Source: Podarcis erhardii (Eukaryota). Taken from it: a stretch of 64,000 nt of DNA. The notes under the pieces were generated by a model that saw only the letters and a list, made by a program, of their open reading frames with translations, did not search any database and was not told the origin of the DNA. Numbering within the stretch: position 1 is the stretch's first letter; every line of letters starts with the position of its first letter. This document shows positions 48,603-60,300 of the stretch, piece by piece. The translations under genes and the position numbers were made by a program. The stretch lies in NCBI GenBank assembly GCA_964252035.1, contig OZ176202.1; one strand, written 5' to 3'.

Positions 48603-48603
<1 letters not shown>

Positions 48604-48684
48604 AAGTGATGGGTAGGGAGTGACTGGAAAACTACTAGTGCCAATAATATATGGTAAATGATAGAAGTAAGAGCATTTAGCATG

Positions 48685-48868
48685 TCTGCTAACCCAGAAA
48701 TAGTACCTCAGGTTAAGAACTTTGCTTCAGGATGAGAACAGAAATTGCGCGGCGGTGCGGCGGCAGCAGGAGGCCCCATTAGTTAAAGTGGTGCTTCAGG
48801 TTAAGAACAGTTTCAGGTTAAGAACGGACCTCCAGAACGAATTAAGTTCTTAACCAGAGGTACCACTG
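48685..48868. mobile_element. Tc1/mariner MITE family A, copy 2 (one end missing)
   Basis: Colinear with 58397-58581 and ends GGTACCACTG|TA. The left end is absent. Confidence 0.85.
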
Positions 48869-49026
48869 TATATAAATGTGATAAATGAAAAATAAACAAA
48901 TAAATAAATGGGTGGAGCTGGGGCAAGGTATGCGGCCTTGGTCATGTGGAGCCTCCTTCATGTGTACAAATGCCTGAAGATTATTGCAGGCCAAGTTTCT
49001 ACTGACACAGAATAAGATGGATTAAG

Positions 49027-49073
<47 letters not shown>

Positions 49074-49074
49074 A
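49027..49074. repeat. (TAAA)12 microsatellite
   Basis: Directly visible. Confidence 0.95.
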
Positions 49075-50181
49075 TGTTTAATTTTGTTTTCTTGCAAATT
49101 CCGACACCTTTGTCTTTTCCTTCTCTCTCCCCAGTCCCTGATTTACAAGACTAATTGGGGATGGGGTGAAGGCAGCTAGTATGATCTCTTTTTAGTAATT
49201 CTTTAAAAAGCACTTGCTTTTTTTTAAGTGCAGCTAGTCATGTTAAGACTGATTTGTCAGAAAATTAGTTGTGCTATTTTTCTGCTACAGTACCAAATGT
49301 TCTTTAGTTTAATAGTTTCTCTGGAATAATCATTTACAAAAGAAATGAAGCCAACCTCAACATATGAGAGAACACAGAATGGCTGTGATGCCTCAGTAGA
49401 AATAATTGGTATTTAACGGGACCAATATGGTGAGTTATCCTCACTGTTTTCTTCTCACTCTTTCCCTTCTTTCTCATCATTCTCTGTCGTCTTTATTGGA
49501 AACAACTTGGACAGGCGTTGTGTCAAATGGCATTTTATACACTGCACTGAATAAGATAAGGAGTGTTAACCATTTTGGTTTAGCTGCCTTTCCTTACTTT
49601 GATGATCATATAGTATTCTATATTACAACAGTAGTGGCATTGTTAGTCACTACTAGTGTTGCACAGTGAGATAATGGTAAAGATTGTATGAGGGGCCCTA
49701 GTCACATCAAAGGTGGTGCAAAACTTCAAATGGATGAAGCTCAGACTCAGGACATCTCTAGGTAAAAGGTTGAGCCGCATCTGAGTGAGGTCCACCCCAC
49801 TTCAAGATGGGTCTCCTCTGCCTTACTGCTATCTAACTCTCCATTCTAGAATTCTAGAAGCAGAATTTCCTGCAAAGGAGAGGCTTTGTGGGGCTTACCC
49901 CTTTCCAGGTGGGCAGCAGTTGTGGCCCCTCGCTGGTCTCCTGCCATCCCCGGCAGCTGGGACTCATGAGTGTGGCCCGCCAATGAGATTCTGAGCTGGC
50001 TGCTTATCAGGGTGGATTGCAGCCAAAACTTCAAATGTAAATGGGCCAATCAGGGGCCTAGTAGTGGGCGCAGCATAACTGGCAGGCTGTGAGCTGTATG
50101 CTTCCACTCTGGTCCACCAGTGATGCTTAAAGGCCGACCAATGCAGGTGATTCCCACCATTTTTAACCCAAAACGTAGTCT

Positions 50182-50765
50182 CATAGAATCATAGAATTAT
50201 AGAGTTGGAAGAGACCACAAGGGCCATCGAGTCCAACCCCCTGCCAAGCAGGAAACCCATCAGAGCACTCCTGACATATGGTTGTCAAGCCTCTGCTTAA
50301 AGACCTCCAAAGAAGGAGACTCCACCACACTCCTTGGCAGCAAATTCCACTATCGAACAGCTCTTACTGTCAGGAAGTTCTTCCTAATGTTTAGGTGGAA
50401 TCTTCTTTCTTGTAGTTTGGAACCATTGCTCTGTGTCCGCTTCTCTGGAGCAGCAGAAAACAACCTTTCTTCCTCCTCTATGTGACATACTTTTATATAT
50501 TTGAACATGGCTATCATATCACCCCTTAACCTCCTCTTCTCCAGGCTAAACATGCCCAGCTCCCTTAGCCGTTCCTCATAAGGCATCGTTTCCAGGCCTT
50601 TGACCATTTTGGTTGCCCTCCTCTGGACACGTTCCAGTTTGTCAGTGTCCTTCTTGAACTGTGGTGCCCAGAACTGGACACAGTACTCCAGGTAAGGTCT
50701 GACCAGAGCAGAATACAGTGGCACTATTACTTCCCTTGATCTAGATGCTATACTCCTATTGATGC
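50182..50765 (-). mobile_element. 5'-truncated CR1 LINE (ORF2 C-terminus, 3' UTR and tail)
   Basis: ORF 50350..50724 reads [19 protein letters not shown]...[12 protein letters not shown]...[10 protein letters not shown], the CR1 ORF2 C-terminus. It has a (TTCTATGA)n tail and a possible short duplication AGTCT at both ends. Confidence 0.95.
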
Positions 50766-51089
50766 AGTCTGTTTGAATTGGTTTGTTACACTTTAGCTAG
50801 ATATACTGCATGGGGATGGGGGCTATGCAGCTGGGACCACCATGAGCTTCCCACTGCCTGTGGCCCATTGGGCTTTCTGGGAAATACTATGAAATGCTTA
50901 AGAACCCTTTTGAGATTTTCCAAGCATTTGGGGTGGGGGGGGGAGAAGCTTGAAAAGCTCAGATTGTTTTCAGCTGAATGAACGTGGTTTAATTCCTGCT
51001 GAGTCAGAACCATGGGGGTAGCTGAATTCAGGCAACTCAAAATCTCTGAAAGTAATCTTTCTTACAGTATTTATGTTGGATTAATTGAG

Positions 51090-51180
51090 AATAATAATAA
51101 TAATAATAATAATAAATTTTATTTATATCCCGCCCTCCCCAGCCGAAGCCGGGCTCAGGGCGGCTGACAACAATCAACAA
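51090..51180 (-). mobile_element. L2 3' tail, second subfamily, with (ATT)n tail
   Basis: (AAT)8 followed by TTTATATCCCGCCCTCCCCAGCCGAAGCCGGGCTCAGGGCGGCT. Confidence 0.65.
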
Positions 51181-52516
51181 CTGTAAAGCAATAAAGCAAG
51201 TAAAACCCAGAACTGTTGGACATAATTGTGCTCGTTCAAAACTTTTTCCCTCCCTCAGTGGAGTGTAGTAATGCCACTATTGATTAGCCCTCCTTAGAGA
51301 ACTTTTGACTCAAAATTCAAAGTTAGAAGTGAGGGTTAAAGTGTGGAGTGAAATTCACTCCAAGTTTTAGGGCTTTTGCTGGTTGCAACAGTAGCAGATG
51401 GTGCTGGTACCATTTTTCCCTTTAACAAAAATAACAAAAAACCATCTGTCATTTGGCTGCTGCATTGGCATTCCTTCTAACATTCTGTGATACAACGTAA
51501 AATGATGCTATGTTGTGATGTATCATCATTCCAAGGGGGATTATGGAGAGGAAAATGGTCTACAAATGGAAACTGATCTCTAGTACCTATTTCCCCCTTT
51601 TTTCATGAAAAAAGCTTTAAAAGCTTTTTTTCCCAATTATTTCATTAATAATCTTATATAAATGTGAATTTTTCAACATTCTGGAAACATGTTTACAAAT
51701 GAACCCCAACAAAAGCAGCTCTATTCATGCTCAAAAATATTTTAAAATGTAAACCTCTTAGAGAACTTGTTGATTACTCAGTATATAAATACCACAAAAT
51801 AAAATAAAATATATAATACATAAAATATGAAGCGGTCCCAGAAACAGATGCAAGGCAATTCAGTAGTGTTGGGTCTAAATTAGCATCACAATGAGACAGA
51901 CATTTTGGTGTCCCTTGATGGATCGAACCCACAAAGCTATCACTAGAACAGTTTTTGCTTCTTTGTCCGTGATTGTTGCTATTAGGCAAAAGCTGCAGTG
52001 AAGTCTCCCTGCACTTCAATGCTTATTGCTCTTGTAAAGGACTAAAAGATTGCACTATCATCTTGTTAGCAGAGTCCTTTTAGACTCTGTGAGCTAGGTC
52101 AAGTAAGATAAAGCTTTCCTCTTCGTAGAATGATACAAATTAGTAGCTTCAGATGTTAGTAGGAAGAGAAAAATCTTCCCCTGTGTGCCAACTGGAGGAA
52201 ATCCATCCTGCTAAATTTATGTGGTTGTGGCCTGTTTTGGATTGTTCTACAGGGATTTAAAAGGGGGTTTCACGGAAACAGAAGATGGAATGGATCGAAT
52301 TGCTTTGTAGCACTGAAATTCTCTTTCGGTTGTTACAGTGAGGTTAAACTTGTGGACTCCGTCACTTCTGTTGAATTTATCTTGCAGTCTTAAGCTTACT
52401 CAAGGCTGGTTGTAAATTAGTTTCTGTGTAATTTAGTCCCGCTCTTGACATGGCCATTTTGCTTATCAATATTTAAATGTTTTGCTTTCAGTTCTGAAAA
52501 TCAAAACCCTTCTTAC

Positions 52517-52590
52517 CTGTATCACAGAAATTGCCTTTTACACCCCTTCATTTCTTCTGCATCTCTGTGCAGCCCCCCAAAAAATTCATC
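52517..52590 (-). other. Candidate 74-nt non-coding exon
   Basis: Minus-strand acceptor CCCCTTTCGTCTTCCCATCCTCAG| and donor CAG|GTAAGA. Stops occur in all frames. Confidence 0.25.
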
Positions 52591-53326
52591 CTGAGGATGG
52601 GAAGACGAAAGGGGCTGCAGGTGCTGGAAGAGGCAGCAGAAATCACAGCCCCTACCACAGTGCCTTCCACTCACATTTGAATCCGAGGACCAGAAGCCAA
52701 TAAATTGACAGGCTAGATAGTGTGCATATCATTTGATTATATCCTGTGAAGAAAAATGTAACTTGTGGGTTAGCAGCATAGGAATTTTATATCTGTTAAT
52801 CCTCCATCCTCAGTAACTGAGGGCGTTCCCCCAAAAGGAACAAAGAATTCAGAAATCACAAGTAGGCGTCTGACAATGAAATGCCTTGAACTACCCATAA
52901 ATCCATTGAGTTTACTGTGGACAGTCTACTTTCTCACCAGCCTGCCCTGGGTTATCTGCATGCGAGGACTTAGCCCTAAATCCTTCTACATCAGTAACAC
53001 ACCAGCTGATAAAAAACAGTTAAAAACATTGAAGGCAACTGATGTCAAAGAGGGGCACAAGCCAATGGCAACTTCTTTGCATCCCTTGTGCTGCCAGCTG
53101 CTCTTAGGTGTAGTGCCTGCTGTAGTTCTGGCCTCAGCCTTGATCGGCCAACACTGGACAACTTCCTCTATACTGCTTACCCACCAACTGGATGCCGCTC
53201 AGCCACAAGAAAGCCACCAAAAGCTCATTGCTTTGTATAGTAAGCTGCTCCTTCATTCATGTAATGAAGGGGATATTGCTGTATTACCGCACTGCCCCCA
53301 CCCCCTTACACACACATACACACATT

Positions 53327-53348
53327 CTCTCTCTCTCTCTCTCTCTCT
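53327..53348. repeat. (CT)n microsatellite next to an imperfect (CA)n
   Basis: Directly visible. Confidence 0.9.
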
Positions 53349-56300
53349 TTCTCTTCAGGAAGCTTCAGAGGAAAGGAGGAGGGAGGAAAAATGTGTGCTT
53401 TACTTGAAAGATTGTCTTCCATATATACCTGCCCAGGGCTTGAGATCTTCATCAGAGTCAGAATGAAATAATTTGGGTTTATGTGATGAGATGTTTAGAA
53501 GTGGGCATCTGCAAGTCGATTAATACTGGCAGATAACAGTGAGCTATGTGATGCAATTAAAGTTCTTTTATTAACTTAAACATCTAAGCTGGTGTGTCAG
53601 ATCTATGAAAATTCCAGTTTACCTTGAGAATTCAATATACCCTGTTACCATCTTCATTATTGCTGTAGCAATTAAATAATAAGCAGAGATGTCAGCATAT
53701 TTTTGCCACCCTGAACATATTTCCCATTGTGTAAAAATAATGGCAGCCATATGTCCTGCTTGCTAAAACAATGCATTGGTCCCCAGAGCAAGGTCATTGT
53801 TTTTTTAATAACTGTACTGCCAGAAGTGTGATTATCACATTCATTAAGTCATTTGTGTCCTAAAATTAGCATGTCCAGTTATAGCTCCATTTGGTTCTCC
53901 TCCACCAACCCACTGAACTGAATAAAACACCTGAAGGAACTATAAACAAAGGCTGCTTGTCCTGTGCAGACAACAGAAGGCACACAACCTACTGTGTGTT
54001 TACAACTGTAGTTTTATGACTTTTGTTATTCTAACCAGTGAACTTCCTTAAAACCTGGAAGATCACTCTTGTTTCTGTTGATCTGAAAAATCTAAAAGCC
54101 CCCAAACAGCTTGTCCCGAATTCACACCAGCTTGCTTTATTAGGTGTAGAACAACACTAAATTCCTTTCCAGGACATTTCCCCCCCAAAAAAAAATTGAG
54201 TATGAAAAGGGCAGTCTATTAAGGCAGGCAAGCAGACAGGCAGAGAGAAAGAAAGAGATGCAGGCAGCAGGTTATAACTTAGATACAGGTGTGATTATTG
54301 TATTTCCTATCTAGTCCATGCCAATGTAACCCTAATTTGTTTCCTGATGCTCCCTAGGAACTCAGGTAAATTAGGCAATATTGTATTTATTTTAATGGAA
54401 CTCTATGTGTTCTCTGGAAAGAGACAAACCTTTTCAAAATTGTTCAACCATTGGTTTTAAAGAAAAGTGCATTCAGTTTTCAGTCTAGTATCCAGTCTTA
54501 TATGCAGGTAGCATGAAGGTAATTGGAAAAGAAGAGAGAACAGAAATATCACATTCGTTGTTTCTTATGTCTACCTTTTAAAAGAGTCAAATTTGGGGAA
54601 ATGAAGTGCAAAAACAAATAAATAAATCCCTGTTTGTCCATGGACATTCCCCCCATCTTTTTTATGGTGACTGTTACTTACGTTATCAGAGTACTTTGAG
54701 ATTTGTTAAGGTAAGTAGTCATAACAGTATGTTCCATAGTTTGTGAAGTTATGTACCTGACCTAACATTCTTTGTTCAAGAGTAAGAGAGAAGTACCCAA
54801 GGCTTTGGAGGTATCAATAGCCATGTATTTGGGTGAGGAAAGGATCAACCAGGAGATCTGAGCAGCTGTTGGAGAAAGGATCCGCTCTTAACCTAAGTAA
54901 ATGGCTAGGTACAAAGCTTCACTACAGTTCTAGTGTGAGCAGAGGACCTGGGAACACCTGCAACATCATGAGTAGCCAGACCACTATGAGATAAAGTTGA
55001 GAAAAGAGCAAGAGGTCCTTCCCCATACCTTAACTGATCCCAACTTAGCACGTGTTAATTGTAAGCAAAAGTTGTGTCCAAGATGTTTTACAAAATATTG
55101 ATGCCCATATCTGCCTTGCAAATCTCAACATTCACATCAGCTTGTAAGATTTCTTATAGGATGACAGTTTACACAGTTGAGTTGGAGTCCCATTCTATTC
55201 CCTGCAGTGCAGCAACATACAGGGCTAGGATAAGAGCTGCTGCTTCAAGCTCCACATCAATGGGAGCACTCACCCTCTGTCCTCAGAGTTTATTTCCATT
55301 CTTTTCTTTTCTGGTGCTGGGAGATCATCACAGGACTTGTGCAACAGCTCTCGGGATGCCTGCTGTGGCATTCAGAAAAAGAGCTCTGCTGTTAGGCAGC
55401 TGGACCTCCCAAGAGGCTGTTCTTTTTAAATTATAGATCACAGATAGGTGGTGGTGGTGGGGAGCACTCAGCTTAAGGCACTAGCCTAGATTCCTAGAGA
55501 ATTTGGGGATAAATCCTCTGCATTACAAAAACAATAGCAAAATGGCAGTAATACAGATGCTTAAGAGGCAGGTGGAACATACAGGTGTACTTGACTTGTG
55601 TCCTATAGAGGTGCCTTTGATGCAAACCAAGGATTTGATCAGAGATAAGTTCTGGTTATTTTCCCAGATGGAGAAGGGAATGTGGAATTCTGCTCCCTTC
55701 AGGTATGCAAAATGGTGGCTGGGAGGGCTGCTGCAGCTGGCCAAGGGAGGAGTCAAGACACTGGACACCTGGCATGCCTAGGCACACCTGCTTGTCCCTG
55801 CATCGTGGGGCATTGGCATGGGTTTCATACAACGTCATAGTTGGAAAGAAACCCTATTGTTTCTAAATTGAGATAGGTTATTTTATTAAACTTGCAAGTG
55901 CTTGAAGCTTGCTACACACTGGAATTTTCTCTTCTTCCTGTTTTGGAATGTTGGCAAATGTTTTAATTAAACTAGAACACCCTATCACATAATTTATCTA
56001 CTTGTTCTGCACATCTCTATAAAAAAAAATGCAGAGCAAATGAATGCACAAAATGCAAGTTATGTAATAAATACTTAGCTGTAGAATGTAACCATTTTTC
56101 CTGACAACCAATGAAACTATTGGCTGTTTAGATGACTTGCACAGCAAGCTCTTTCACTCTTTCTTCTTCTTCTTTTGTTGCAATGCCATACAGTAAGAAG
56201 CTACATCCAACAGTTCAATAATTACATCCATATCTTACATTTTATTTCCCAAAACTTTATTCATTATTTAAATGTCAAGTGTGTCTGCCTTATCTCCACT

Positions 56301-56887
56301 AGCATGCACCATGAATAAATGGGTTTTCCTTATTGATTATAAATAGAATATCCACTGTGATTCACAGGAAACAAAGAACACATTCTATGTAATTTCTAGC
56401 TGAATGTATTTCTTTTTATCAACACAAGCCTTAGTAAACAAAGTTAGGCTTATTAGGTGCAGAAGCTGAAGAAACTAGCTCTAGCTAGAAATGAAATGCT
56501 TCATTTCTAGAATAAAACTAAAAATATACCTCTCATGGCAAGTTCTATCGTCCTTGAAAAGAGAGTGACTTGTAGTAAGACTAGATTGTGTGTTTACATA
56601 CCAGCAGACCATTTCACTGAGTGCTGTAAGTGGGGCCAAGTATATCGTGGTGGGAAGAAAGTACCACCATCCCTATAGCACACAGTGTAACACAAGTAGC
56701 TCACAAAGCAGGGGAAACAGTCATGGAAGTCCACCTAAAATGGTTCCCAGGTGGCAGCTATTTTACATACAGTGGGTCTTAATTTGTCTTTTAAAAAGGT
56801 GTCCTAATGCATACTCATTTAATTCTGCACTCTCTGAAGAGTCTGCAAATGGATTGAGGAGTTTTTGGGGTGTATTCATTGAATTGT

Positions 56888-57312
56888 GTTGTTGTTTAGT
56901 CATTTAGTCATGTCCGACTCTTCGTGACCCCATGGACCAGAGCACGCCAGGCACTTCTGTCTTCCACTACCTCCCGCAGTTTAGTCAAACTCATGCCGGT
57001 AGCTTCGAGAACATTATCCAACCACCTCGCCGTCTGTCGTCCCCTTCTCCTTGTGCCCTCAATCTTTCCCAACATCAGGGTCTTTTCCAGGGAGTCTTCT
57101 CTTCTCATGAGGTGGCCAAAATATTGGAGTCTCAGCTTCAGGATCTGTCCTTCCAGTGAGCACTCAAGGCTGATTTCCTTAAGAATGGAGAGGTTTGATC
57201 TTCTTGCAGTCCATGGGACTCTCAAGAGTCTCCTCCAGCACCATAATTCAAAAGCATCAATTCTTTGGCGATCAGCCTTCTTTATGGTCCAGCTCTCACT
57301 TCCATACATCAC
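56888..57312 (-). mobile_element. 5'-truncated RTE-BovB LINE with (CAA)n tail
   Basis: ORF 56908..57312 reads YGSESWTIKKADRQRIDAFELWCWRRLLRVPWTARRSN...RRRGRQ..RWLD, the RTE/BovB C-terminus. An 11-bp TSD CATTGAATTGT lies at 56877-56887 and 57316-57326. Confidence 0.95.
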
Positions 57313-58355
57313 CTACATTGAATTGTAGGTGACAGCAAACAGATTTAATGATGTTTAGCAAAATTCAAAGGAGAAAAATATTCCCAACCGTGTCTTTTAC
57401 AAAATATCAGGTATTTTATTTCATTCTGTGTTTGGGAAATATAATTTTGGCTATAGATTAATTATCTTATTCACTTGTCCTCTGCTCTCTGTTATCGCTC
57501 TTGTTGGCTTAAAAAGTGCATTGGATGAAAACATATTAAATGTTCCCTTCTATGTTTCTCTCATTATCTCATATCTATGTTCCTATATTTAAATACGCTT
57601 TAAGAGTAACTTAATTGGCACTTAAAAACAACAAAATATATTGCATGCTTAATTCTAGGCTGACTAAAGTTTGGTTTGCATTACTATACATATAATATTA
57701 AATGTGTTCTGTATGCATATATATATCAGGTTTACTAAAGTAGCCAGTGCAAAAGAGTTGCTTACAGCAATGCAAACAACTGGATAAAAATGCTCACAGA
57801 TCAATACTTTAAAATGTTATGCAACAGAAATATAATATAACATGGGACTTGACTCTTTTATGTGCATTGTAATGCACATGTGTGTGTATAATTTTAAATA
57901 TAAGATAACTAGTCAGGCTTTTTTCCTTTTTAAAAAAAGCATATAAGCAAATCAACTATGCACTAGTGGCTTGGATATAATAAGGCACTTGGTGTAACAG
58001 CCATTCCGATGTGGGCAAGGCTTGATTGGGTCAGAAGTACTGGATTCTGTGTATAAATCAATTGCAAGCTGAGTACTCCTCCTGTTATGTTTTTCAGTTA
58101 ATGTCATAGTTACAAAACTTTTGATCATGCCAGCCTAAAGGACTTGGGAGTCTTGTAAGCTAATCTGCACAATCAAATTGCAACTGCAAAATGTGGGTAA
58201 CTGAATTTAAGACTGGAACAAATAAGAAACTGAGCGAATTGGCCTGTGGAGAGTCCCACTTCCAAGGGCCAGATAGATAGCCACCCCTGATTTGGAGAAA
58301 TTATTGCTGCTATATTTATGAGAACATGTGTCAGGTGCTTCCTTCTTAACCTATA

Positions 58356-58581
58356 CAGTGGTACCTCAGGTTACATACGCTTCAGGTTACAGACTCCGCT
58401 AACCCAGAAATAGTACCTTGGGTTAAGAACTTTGCTTCAGGATGAGAACAGAAATCGTGCTCCGGCGGCGTGGCGGCAGCAGGAGGCCCCATTAGCTAAA
58501 GTGGTGCTTCAGGTTAAGAACAGTTTCAGGTTAAGAACAGACCTCCGGAACGAATTAAGTACTTAACCTGAGATACCACAG
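58356..58581. mobile_element. Tc1/mariner MITE family A, copy 3
   Basis: Structure TA|CAGTGGTACC ... GATACCACAG|TA. Reverse-complement homologue of 12828-13069. Confidence 0.87.
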
Positions 58582-59786
58582 TACAGTTGAATATATGCTT
58601 CTAAACACCTGTGGCCTAGCCCCTCAAATGTTTCCAAATAATTGCCCACATGGCACACCATCAAACCGATAGTGATGTTGAAATTCATCTGAATGGTTGT
58701 CACACCTGAGTGTGTCATCACGTGTTCCATTTATTCTATGCCTCTTACATAAAATTTCTTTCCTACCAGAGGAGGACTTTACAATTGTTACTGAATTACT
58801 ATAGCTGAAGACAAAGCAATATGCCTGGGAATGGCTCTTTCTAGCCTTCCCTTCATCCTTGCAGACAGGAGCAGTTCTGGTGCGTGATGTTTCCAATTGT
58901 ATTGCTAATAGATGCCACAATACCTTGACTATGGGACTCGGGGAAATGTAGGAGCTGCTTCTGCTATGTATCTAATAAATAGCAAATGGAGGCGTGTATG
59001 CTCAGAATCCACCTCGTGACATAAATATGTGATTTGTGTTTTTGGACCGCAAATCAATTTTAAAGCTCAGATATGGCGAGCACTTACTTGGAAGTAATTT
59101 TTATTGAACAAAGTGGGACATACTTCTGAATAAATAAGCTCATAATTGAGCTTCAGCAACAGCATTCAGCAAGACGAAGATTATTTAGTAAGGTTGTAAG
59201 CAAACTACATTATAGCAATTTGTAGTTGTCTGAAAGAGCAGTTGTCTTCTTGACACAGAAATGGAAAAGGTAGATGGCAGGGACAATGAGAGGTCACACA
59301 CTGAAACATTCCTCTTCCCGTTAATAGCAATTTCCAGCCTGTGAGTGAAAGGAGAATTTTATGAACATATTTTATCTTGATTCCATTTAACAGCTAGTTT
59401 TTCTAATGGAATGCTACATGAACTACACTTCCCTTCAGTACTGTAAGATACAATGCATGGGACATGGATAATCAGCAGTATTTAGTAGCTGATATTTTAG
59501 TCACAGCAGTTCATCAATGGGTTATCAGTTTATGAAGTGATTATATGAGGGGAGATATTTGAAGTATGAGCCAATACAAGTTAATTTTAAGTGGGGTGGT
59601 TTTTAAATAAATAAATATTTGTGTTTGAAACGAATATGCTGCATAAAAATATTTATAAAATTATAATACTAAAATGGATGTTTAGCTGAAGAGGTATTTG
59701 AATAGATTGTGGCTATTCAATACAAAACACACAGTTTACCAGGGAGAAACTGCTGAGTAGATGTGTGTAGGATTGCATAGTTAAAG

Positions 59787-60300
59787 TAAAAGCAACAAAG
59801 GATATTGTGGTACCTTAAAGACTTACAAATTTATAATGGCATAAGTTTCCATGGGTTACATTTCCCTTTATCAGATGCACAAATCATATGAATGTTATCC
59901 TGAGTGGCAGGCATATGGACATAACTGGAGGCACGGGGAGTGAAAGTAGTGAGGTCAGAAGGAAAATAAATGCAGAAAAATAGAGATAGTGAAAATTACC
60001 GTATTTACTTAACAATGTAAACAATCACTATAGAGTTGCTGCTGAAACAAACATCATGGCATTGCTAAGCCGATTAATGTATATGATGTACTAAAAATCA
60101 TTTGTCTCATTGCATTCCACAAGTGAAAGCATTGTAAGTCTTCATATAATGTAATTCAGCAGTTTCTGTGATCTACCTTTGAATATTCCCACTCTGAGTT
60201 GTCAAGGTTACTTTATTGAACGATAAGAATAGTGATAGAAACATATGGGACATACCTTTTTGTCTAAGAGCGTTGTGGCTATAGTACACAACATTGGACC
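59787..60300 (-). mobile_element. Degenerate Penelope-like element (3' end plus GIY-YIG relic)
   Basis: TGTGGTACCTTAAAGACTTACAAATTTATAATGGCATAAG...ATCAGATGC matches the recalled reptile PLE terminal repeat. The minus strand at about 60190-60140 translates FKGRSQ/frameshift/ETAEL, like the PLE GIY-YIG C-terminus FKGRLQRETAEL. Confidence 0.65.

Noticed and set aside
52876-53466. Longest non-TE ORF (196 aa)
   Set aside because: It runs through a (CA)/(CT) microsatellite (THTYTHSLSLSLSLS), has no recognisable domain and no splice or promoter support. Treated as a chance ORF.
54750-54770. 21-nt plus-strand micro-exon candidate (STLRFVK) before GTAAGT
   Set aside because: Weak pyrimidine tract and no independent support.
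55208-55230. 18/23 match to mature miR-103/107
   Set aside because: Mismatches cluster at positions 8-10 and there is no complementary 5' arm upstream to form a hairpin.
57982-58000. TAAGGCAC miR-124 seed-like start
   Set aside because: Only 8 nt match and there is no precursor hairpin.
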